A stretch of DNA of 64,000 bases from Paragordius varius. Lineage: Eukaryota; Animalia; Nematomorpha. The notes beneath the pieces are model-generated. The model saw only the letters and a program-made list of their open reading frames with translations, was not told the origin of the DNA and did no database searches. A program made the position numbers and the translations under genes. Location: assembly GCA_964247055.1 (NCBI GenBank), contig OZ176053.1, positions 12,400,001-12,464,000 of the forward strand. The letters run 5' to 3'. Below are positions 14,601 through 24,467 of the stretch, piece by piece (the first letter of the stretch is position 1; each line of letters opens with the position of its first letter).

Positions 14601-15403
14601 AAATCAAAAGTTGTGATCAAATTGCTACCCTAAAAAATTAAAGGACCATTTGTACATATCGGATATTGACGTAAAAATTCTTTTTATAATTATATTAAAA
14701 CCTTTATTACTGCGATTTCAATCAATTCACATTTCACATGATACGGAAAAGAGGAGATTTATAAACCATTGAACCCGGACCCATTATTTTTAGCCAAATT
14801 TTTAAAACTGAATGTACTAAACAATTGAAAGCAAGAAATACAATTCTTCTGACACCATATTCAATGACTAAATTGTAGTTTGTGCTTCTCGAGTTAAAAA
14901 ATTGGCAATTAGAAAACAAGTCAGCCATTTGTAAAAAGCTATTTCTGTTTAAATTAACATACATTTTTGCGATATGTGTAGTCAATTAATGCCCAATATA
15001 GCACATATTTAATCCATTTTTTACTTAAAAATGAATGAATTTGTTTCATGCTATCATCTCCTCTTATCTTTTGCCTATAATTTGCGCCCACTGACACAAA
15101 ACAACCTCAATTTGTATTCAACCTATCCGTATATATTAAGTTTTAAAATTATTATTTATACATTTATTTCGCATTTAATGATTGGTTGATTGAAAAATTA
15201 TAAAAATTCATTGGCTTCAATATGCATTAAAATATTTGGTTTATCTTCAACAAAAAATATTTTGTTTAACGTCATATCATATAACAAATTATAAATAGGG
15301 AGTTTATAGTATAAAATAGGAGAAAAAAATCACAAAAGATATGATTGATTATATATATCTCATGGGCTAAATGTCGCAATTCAAATATATATTACACAAT
15401 ATG

Positions 15404-18400
15404 TTATCTTGTGCATACGGCACAAGGGATTTCATAACCATTTGGATATTTTCTGCACGGCAGCGTACCACATTCACTTTCAACCAGGTAAATGGTTGCC
15501 CCGCCAACCTTTGCATTATCAGGGATGTATTGGCCTTCAGGTTCTTGATCCATACAAATATAAGTAGTACGCGCATGTTTAAAGTTTGCTGCCATCAAGT
15601 ATCCGTTATACTCTTTTGTCCAACCTTCAGGACACCTTGAATCCCCTGGCATCATTATTTGAGTGTTTCTTGTGGGAACATAACACACAGAGCACAAGGC
15701 TGTTTTTCCGGATAAAGAATCGACTCCGGCCGAAGGTGCCTCCCAAGACTTGGTTTCATAATGTGTAATCTCTTTTTCAAAAACGCTCCTTTGCAATTTA
15801 CTGCCATTATTCGGGGGAGCGGGTTCCTCGGTTTCTACCATATTATCAGGTTGGAGCTCAGGGTCTATCAGATCCGATTGTTCAGATTCCCGATATTCCA
15901 TTGGTGTTGTTGTTGTTTCATAATCAGATGCAAATTTGTCATCATGATCAGTCCTTTCTGGTCCCTTTATTTTGCTCAAGAATTGAATAATTTTGTTGGC
16001 CACTTGACCTGGATTTATTTTAAGGTCACGTTTATCAGTTCCTTTTGCATTATTATCATGGGCAGTGCCTGCGTTAGGATCATCCCCTAACCAATTGGAT
16101 TGAAACGGATGGTTTTCCCCCTTACCAAATTTGAAAACGGCCCCACAAATTTTGGATTTGGAATCGAAATCGTCGGAAAAACTATTGTACTGTATCTCCT
16201 TGGGCATACACAAATAGTCTCCACCGCTTCCAGTGTAAAAGTAATGTCCACTTGCCACATATCCCGTATAAACTAAGAGTGAGCCAGTATGCGAGGGACA
16301 TTCGGCACGCCCATACCTAACATAAGAAGTTGATCCATCTCCATTCAATTCAGGGACGCTACAATCGCATTTGTCATTCTTCCCGGGTCGTCCTGGGATG
16401 CCCGGTTTTCCGTTATGACCATCCGTTCCGGGTGGTCCTCGCAAACCGTGCTTACCTGGTTCCCCAATTTGTCCTTTCTCTCCGGGTTTACCATCCAACC
16501 CTGGCGTTCCTGGATTTCCCTGTGATTAATAATATGTAAACATACCGTATAAAAATGTGCGTTTTGCCGAACATAAGATTATTATAATAAGCTTTAATTA
16601 ATGCAACAATTTTTGTTAGTACTGAGTTAAAGGCAAAATACTTTACGAAATAATTTTTTTATTCGTGGAGCATGTCCCCGTAAGCTATATTATCTATGTA
16701 GCAAAACTGTCCAAAACTCTTGTTTTTAAACATAATATTATTTAAGTACCGCATCTCCGGTTAATCCACGTTCCCCTGGGTTTCCATCAGTGCCTGGAAT
16801 TCCATCTTTTCCCGGAATGCCACGCGGGCCTTCGGGGCCTCTAGGGCCCTTTTCTCCAGCAGGTCCAGTTTGTCCGACTCTTCCTGGCTTACCGTTTCTA
16901 CCAACTGAACCACGAAACCCTGGCAGACCCTGATAGATCAATATGTAAACATAATCCATTTCTGTGCAAATGCATTCAAATAATAGAAGTTATCCATTTA
17001 TACATTAACTTAATCGATAAAGAACATTTTATAATGTAAACTAATACATATTATCTTAAATTATTGAGAATGAGGAAAAGTGCAATAAAAATGTTCCTGC
17101 CCTTTATTATTGAATACAATAATTTATCAAGTATAAACAATTGTTTTATTGATTGATAAATTAAGTAACCATACTCGTTCACCCGGAGGTCCGATTCTCC
17201 CCTCCTTGCCTGATATGCCATCTTTCCCAGCAATCCCATCATTTCCTGGTTCTCCGTGGTTTCCGTTTAAACCGTCTTTCCCGGGTGGGCCAGGAAGGCC
17301 TGGGGGCCCAGGATAACGAATGGAATAGCCATCTTTACCGGGGTGACCATCTCGGCCAGGTAAGCCATCAATCCCATTTTTACCGGGATTTCCTTCCGAA
17401 CCGTCTCTTCCGGCCCCTCCTCTGGCTCCCTTTTCCCCGGGCGGTCCAGGCTCGCCGTCATGACCCGGAAGGCCATTTACTCCTGGGTTTCCGTCTTTAC
17501 CGGCTAAACCATCAATCCCATTACTGGTTTTCCCGGGTTCACCAACTTGTCCCTAACACGTTCGTGGAATAAAATAGAAAGTCACACATTTTTTCAGATA
17601 GTAGATATAAAAAACCGTGTTTTGAAAATGATTGTCGATGTTAGATTTAGTTTTTAATACGACCATTTTGCATGGCTCTTCAAAAATATATCTAATATTT
17701 CATAGTGTTATGTATAAATTTTAAAAACACATTGTTTATGATGAAAACGTAGTTTTACAAAATACGTGATATTTTAACCAACAAAGTGCGAGACATGCAG
17801 ACAAAAGGTGCTTAAATTGCTGTCGAATTTAATGGATTAAAATTTTTTTAAACCTATACGTGAATTTATATGCTATTAACCTTAAATGGTTGTTAGCGCA
17901 TTATTATTGTAAAAATTATGATTTTGAGCTTATAATTATTGAATTCATACAATACAAATTCGTAAAATTGCATCTTCACCAGTTCATATTATATAAATTT
18001 TATTATATACGCTCTTTTGATTTACAACTAGGTTTTAAAGAAAAATAATTGTTATAATGGATAAAAAATGACATATACTTAAAAATTAAAATATGTTTAA
18101 TAAATGAGCGCATACAGGGTTCCCTGTTTCTCCCGGTCTTCCATCTTTCCCAGGTTCGCCATTTCTGCCCGGATGTCCGTCTTTTCCAGGTTCACCCAAT
18201 GATCCTGGTTTCCCATCTACTCCGGGTATGCCTGGTGAGCCCTTTATATAATTTCATTTTAAATAGCGCACATCAAGATTTTGTATTGTAAAGATGACAT
18301 AAAAAGTCAAAGTCGAATCCTTTTTACACACAGAAAATTTGATCATTGATTTGTGAAATATATAATTGATTGTGTAACCAATTTCCACCCAGTGGCGTAC

Positions 18401-20023
18401 CAAGCATTTGCGGCGCCCGGGGCATAAAACTTTTATGGCGCCCCCCTCCCCCCCCCACCTTTTTTTAAAGCCAATAAAACAAATAGTAAAAAAAATACAA
18501 ACGTTGTAACCTAAACACCATAGATAAGACAGCACAGTCATATAAATTTTGAATCTATTAAATATATATATTTATATGATACTAATTTTATTCATTTTTA
18601 AATACATTAATATTCTAATAAATTCTATAATATGGAAATTATATATAAAAATAATGTTTTTGTTGCATATATTGAATTAATCTTATGATAATGGCGAACA
18701 ACAATGATTTAAAAAATTATTTAGGCGCCCCTAAATAACGGCGGGGCATGATGCACCCCCTTGCCCCCCCCCCCCCCCCCCCCCCTCGGTACGCCCCTGT
18801 TTCCACCTCTCCATTTCCTATTTCGCAACAACCAAAAACAAAATATTATTTTAAAAAATCAAGATTTAAAATATATGGTTGTTCGCATAAAAATATCAGT
18901 TTTTTACTTTTTATAATTTGTATGTATACTGTAACAAACTGTAAATTAACAGACCTACCAATTAATAATCAAAAAATATATTTTAATCAAATATGGAATA
19001 GCATGAAATAGTATACTTTAGTGCCAGCCTTTCCTGGAACACCGTCTTTTCCCGGTTCACCATCTCTTCCAGGGTCTCCGTCCTTACCCTGCAAACCATC
19101 TGGTCCAGGTTCGCCATCCTTGCCTGGATTTCCAGGTAGGCCCTGATAGCCCGGATTCCCGATTTGTCCAGGCTTCCCGTCGGCCCCCTTCAAACCAGGT
19201 TTACCGTCTAATCCAGCTTTCCCTTTGAGTCCATCTTTACCAGGTTTTCCAGGTGTGCCTTCTGGTCCCTGCGATACAATAAATAGATAAAAAAATATTG
19301 TTTATACAGGCTCTAGTATATCTTGTCCTGGGTTCCCATCTTTTCCAGTGTGGCCATCGACTCCAGGAAGGCCAGGGATTCCGGGTTTTCCATCACGACC
19401 CGGTCTTCCATCACCCCCAGGGGTGCCGGGATGTCCCTTAATAAAAAAACGATTAAAATTGGCATTTACTGGTCTTCCGTCCTGACCTGGCGCTCCTGGT
19501 TTACCATCCGGTCCAATTTTTCCAATCTTACCCGGTTTCCCGTCATACCCATTTTTGCCGGGTATTCCATCACGGCCGGGAGGACCTTTAGGCCCCGGGG
19601 GACCATCTTTGCACACGGGACACATTACTTTAAATATAATGTTTATGTTATTATGATACCTTTTTTCTTGTATTCATATGCGCTTTTTGGACGATCATAG
19701 GAGGAACGCCGTTTACTTCGTTTTAACTTTTGCGCATTGTTTATACTGTTAACATTCATCTACAAAAATTATCATTTCTGGTAAACTTTAGCTACTATTA
19801 TATGGTCATTAAGTTGTGCCAACATCACATCTTTTTCTTGATGCCTAATCCTTAGTTCGGAAATCATGTAGGCGTGATCAGCTTTCATTTTTTGGATCCC
19901 GACATATATGGGTGGAACTATAACTATACATCCTGCCAAGAGAGATATGGCGCAAAATATGGATAGGTAACGTGCTACGATCCATAGGGGGTCCTTGGTT
20001 TCCTCGTCAACAATTTTTTTCAT
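15404..20023 (-). CDS. Type II membrane collagen A with C-terminal short-chain-collagen-C4/spongin-like domain (~891 aa)
   Basis: Exons 20023-19787, 19759-19660, 19627-19470, 19436-19308, 19268-19017, 18241-18116, 17552-17175, 16929-16750, 16519-15404 total 2676 nt in frame, all GT-AG. Order: TM segment, furin-type site KRSKRR, CPVC, 146 Gly-X-Y triplets, KCDC, then a Cys-rich domain ([10 protein letters not shown]...[11 protein letters not shown]...[14 protein letters not shown]...ESECGTLPC...CAVCTR). Confidence 0.93.
18390..18799. mobile_element. hAT-type MITE inside a collagen A intron
   Basis: TIRs cagtggcgtacc / ggtacgcccctg; perfect 8-bp TSD tttccacc (18382-18389, 18800-18807); internal poly-C tracts. 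Confidence 0.9.
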
Positions 20024-20312
20024 GATTTTATGGAATGCAAAAATCATAAACCACACCTCTTATATACGACTAAAATTTTTCTGATGTATCTATCTTACAT
20101 TTAATATAGGTGATGACCTAATTACACAATTATATCATTAAAAATTTATTATACTAATACTGGTTGTATAAGTGAAAATAAAATTTTCATTTTTACGTGA
20201 CCAATTGGCCTAAATTTAATTTATTTAATTTTTTAAGTGGGTTACTAAAATTAGGACAAATTCCTTAGTTCTCATATAAATTAAAATATAATTTAAATTT
20301 TTCATTTTTACG
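20024..20312. promoter_or_regulatory. Bidirectional promoter shared by the two collagen genes
   Basis: 289 bp between divergent ATGs. TATA-like TATATAA on the minus strand (20060-20066), TATAAA on the plus strand (20275-20280), central palindrome CCAATTGG (20201-20208). Confidence 0.65.
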
Positions 20313-22864
20313 ATGAATTATTCCAAGAAAATTAGTGAAAATCAGAAAGGAATAACTATTTTATCCTTTCTAACATTTTTATTAATTACTTTAAGTTGCA
20401 GCGTAATTCTTCCACTTTTTTATTACAAACTAGTTGATATAAAAATTCAGCACAACCAATTTTTGGAAAATTTGCGAACAAAACTTTATTACAACGAAAA
20501 AACAATAAATTCACTCCATGTACGAATATCTAATTTAAAGGTTTGTCACAGTTATTATTCAAAATTAATTAACCGAATTCCAATATAAACTATGTATTTA
20601 TGCGACTAGGTCGAGCTTGGTGACATATTTTCGACGCATAAATGGAGGAAAAAAAGGAGTGTTTGGAACCGACCTAAAGCCCCATTTTCTTATCGAGCAC
20701 CAAGTTGAATTATAAAATTTTTATGCATATAACTTAGCCGCATGCAAGGAGTGCAAAGATGGTGATCAAGGTGATCCCGGAAAACCCGGTAAAGATGGTA
20801 GTCCGGGACGCAAAGGAAACGACGGAAAACCCGGGGAGCCGGGTAAACCCGGACCAGACGGAGCTGTTGGTCGCCCTGGGTTAGATGGATTGCCAGGTCC
20901 AACTGGTGAATCCGGTTTAGACGGTAAACCAGGGACTGATGGAAAACCAGGTCAACCAGGGTTGGCTGGGAAATCGGGTTTGCCCGGAAAAGATGGAACA
21001 CAAGGTCAATCTGTTCTTAGTCACGTATGTTTTCATATTTATTTATCAATTTTAGGGTCCGGAAGGAAAACCAGGTAACCCAGGAAAACCAGGCCCACCC
21101 GGAAGAAAAGGTAATGATGGAAAGCCAGGTGTTAATGGCATAGATGGAAAGGCTGGGGTGATAGGAAGTCCTGGAATCAAAGTTAATTTTTTATATAAAA
21201 TTAGGGACCACCTGGTCCACCGGGTAAAGATGGACCAGCAGGACCTAGAGGACCCGCAGGAAAAGACGGAAATCCCGGTCTAAATGGATTAAATGGTAAA
21301 GATGGTATACCTGGAAAGCCTGGAATCAAAGTAAAAAATATGTAAAATTTAAGGGGCCACCAGGCAATCCTGGTTCTGATGGCAAACCAGGTCTCATTGG
21401 TAAACCGGGTAATGATGGCACAAATGGAAAAGACGGAGAGCCAGGAAAAGATGGGGTTCCTGGAGAAGATGGCATTCCTGTAAAATTTTAGTAATGTATA
21501 GGGAGAACCAGGCATACCAGGAAAATCTAGCAATGGCTTGGACGGATCTCCGGGACGAGATGGAGTTCCTGGTGCTGATGGAAATCCCGGTAGAGACGGG
21601 GAGCCAGGTCCAGATGGTCCTCCGGGATTAAGAGGAGAAGATGGTGCAGACGGAAAAGAGGGCTTACCTGGTAAAAATGGTTTGGATGGAGAACCCGGAC
21701 AAGATGGTGAGCCTGGAAAACCTGGTGTATCCATTATTAGTCCAGGGCAAAATGGAATACCGGGTTTACCTGGAAAAGATGGTACCGATGGCTCATCCGG
21801 AGAACAAGGATCCGATGGTAAATCTGGAAAAGATGGTCTTCCAGGAAGAGATGGTGAAGATGGCTTCCCCGGCGAACCAGTAAATCATATAATTATATTT
21901 TTAGGGATTACCCGGTGATCGAGGTACTGATGGTCGACCTGGTCTTCCTGGAAAAAGAGGAGAAATCGGACCGATTGGGGAACCAGGAGCCCGAGGTCAT
22001 GAGGGGCCTAGAGGTTTTCATGGAAAAGATGGTTACCCTGGTAAAGATGGAATTCCAGGCTCTAGGGGTGTTCCTGGATTACCCGTATACTTTTTTTTAT
22101 TTTATTTTAGGGTGATGATGGTTTACCTGGTAAAAACGGTCGTGCCGGTGAAAAAGGCTTTTCAGGTCTTCCTGGTAATCATGGTAGACGTGGAATACCA
22201 GGAAAAGATGGCAGGCCCGGAAAACCTGGAAGTGCCGGCAAACCCGGGAAAAATGATAAATGTGATTGCGCTAAAACGGGATTGTTAAAAGGTGACGGTA
22301 CCACGACTTATATAAGATATGGTAAGCGAAGCTGTCCACATAATAGCGAAAAGCTATACACTGGTATATAATAATAATAAAAATATAGGTTATGTTGCCA
22401 CTGGTCATTATTTTTACACTGGAAGTGGAGGAGATTACCAATGTTTACCTACAAATCCCGAATTTCTGCAATATACAGACGCGTATGATTCAAAATCCAA
22501 AATATTTGGAACGGTCTACAAATTGGGATATAGCAGTCCCATTCGAACGGCTTCCTCGCTTGACGGTTTAACAGTTACGTGTGCAGTGTGCCATGTTAGA
22601 AGGAATAGTCTCCTAATTTTTCCAGGCAACGTGAAATGTCCTGATCAGTTTACGACAGAATATTCTGGATATATAATGTCAGCAAACATAAGGCACACCC
22701 GAACAAGTTATATTTGCGTTGACGGGGACCCTGAAGGTGATCCCAACATACCAGACAATTTTGGTGGGGCTGCCATATACATAGTTGAATCTGAATGTGG
22801 TAACCTTCCATGCCACAAATATCCAAGTGGATATGAAATACCATGTGTAGTTTGCACTCGTTAA
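20313..22864 (+). CDS. Type II membrane collagen B with C-terminal short-chain-collagen-C4/spongin-like domain (~757 aa)
   Basis: Exons 20313-20540, 20610-20703, 20738-21024, 21056-21181, 21205-21330, 21354-21479, 21502-21879, 21905-22084, 22111-22363, 22389-22864 total 2274 nt in frame. Order: TM, furin-type site RKKR, CKEC, 146 Gly-X-Y triplets, KCDC, C4-like domain ending EIPCVVCTR. Confidence 0.93.
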
Positions 22865-22971
22865 ATGTGTTATTCACAAATTTTCGATAATCATTAGGTG
22901 TTTTCATAAATAAATATTTACGATTTATTAATTATAGTAAATATTTTTTTATTGATTATTAAAATGCAAAT

Positions 22972-24467
22972 TTAATTAATATGTGCCTTCCATCGTTCTT
23001 GAGCCAAACAAGCTATAATGCAATTTCCATACACATTCATTATTGTTAAAAATCTATCTCTAACTTATAAATATGATATTACATTAACCAGTTGACCACA
23101 AATAGGTATTCTATACCATCGAGCGTTAACGATGCTGTTCTAAACACAATTTCCAAACCAATAAAAGATGCATTCGGAAATCCTGACACCAAAATGCTGG
23201 CCAATACTGAATTAAAACTAAAATTATGTTGTCAAATAACCAAATCGCTATAACAGTTTTCAATGTTAGGGTTTGGTTATTTTTGGATATTGACCAAAAT
23301 GCCATACTTACATAGTAAAAACATGTACCATTTTTGTTGAAAACACAACTTAGGGTGCATATAAGATGCGATATATTGGCATCAACTCCACACAAAATTA
23401 CGCATTGAATAGTGTATGGGAGGGAAGCTGCGCTAAAGTATACAAAATAAAAATAAAATTTAATATAAAAACCTTGAAGATGTAATAAATGCTGCGACCA
23501 GAGCGTCTCCGCTCCTTATTGCCGTTTTTAGTGGACTTCTTTTCCCAACTATCAAGTACAAAATGCTTAAAACTTGAGTTGCATAAACTAGATAACCAAA
23601 AAATAGGATGTGAAGTATAAACATAATTTCGACAATTAAATGCGTTAAGGATGTATTTGATGAAAGTATATCTCTAAAAATTAGCGAGATTGAACAAATT
23701 GGGGATAACCTATTATTAATTATACTTAAATATAATTAAACCACAAAGCTATATCAGATAGTTTCATAAGCATTTCATTTATGATAATAGATATGCTAGT
23801 GATTATTTGGGTTTTTTTGTCTAGCGATGACATGGTAATACCCATTAGGCAGCACCCAAATATAATTCCTAATATATTGGGTTCGTTTACATTTTTTTCA
23901 ACGAAATGTGGGAAAAATATATTATTCGGTCCTTGTTTAGTCGAATTTATCATTTTATCTTCCACAATGGTTTTGGACTTTTGATAAAGATGCACGATAA
24001 AATGTGATGGTACAATATTTCTATATTCCATTGATTAAACAACAGGTAATCAAACTTGATCATGTCAAAAATAACATCTTCGCTTCTTAAAAGATCGGCT
24101 TTCATCTCACTTTTATTAATCCAAGGAGTAAAAGTCCCCATAAGAGCTAAGCACCAACACACTGCGAATAGAGCTGACAGAGCAGTACAACTTACATTCC
24201 AAAATAAACACCAAAAAATAAGGGAGACATTAAGAGGTGTTTTAATTTTCGATAAACTCACCAATAAATTTGTAATGGTTAACGGAATATAGAGGAATCG
24301 CAGAAAATCGATAAAAATATCTCCGGGTAAACCAATAAAACGTTTGGTTTGAGGTGACAAAAATATTTTTAAAGAATGGATGTATAATGCTATAGGTTAT
24401 AAAAATCAAACTACATACCTAAACATAACGCAAATACTAGGGATATTAATACAATCAGAGTTTTCAT
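22972..24467 (-). CDS. Highly diverged SLC1 (EAAT/ASCT dicarboxylate-amino acid:cation symporter) family protein (~437 aa)
   Basis: Exons 24467-24419, 24389-24056, 24020-23742, 23709-23473, 23432-23241, 23217-23083, 23059-22972 total 1314 nt. Landmarks in the expected order: FIGLPGDIF (FPGE), KNIVPSH, NILGIIFG, TSSSAASLP, NKNGT (NMDGT), SGFPNA, NWLIDRFLTIMNVYGN. An additional upstream exon cannot be excluded. Confidence 0.85.

Noticed and set aside
14734-14985. 83-aa ORF downstream of collagen A
   Set aside because: No recognisable homology or splice context; probably chance or TE debris.
15735-16120. Idea that the C4-domain insert is an unspliced intron
   Set aside because: Open in frame, coding-like GC content, and no AT-rich GT...AG boundaries like the real introns.
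18763-18785. Poly-C tract as a functional G-quadruplex regulating collagen A
   Set aside because: It lies within the hAT MITE; homopolymer length is unreliable and nothing supports a function.
20024-20056. Longer N-terminus for collagen A as given by the ORF track (MWFMIFAFHKI)
   Set aside because: These codons lie within ~20 nt of the TATA-like box and so probably upstream of the TSS; ATG 20023 gives an exon 1 matching the paralogue (237 versus 228 nt).
21201-21734. 177-aa minus-strand ORF that reads like collagen (GFP GSP...)
   Set aside because: Antisense shadow of the GGN-CCN-rich plus-strand collagen exons; splice sites and domain order support only the plus strand.
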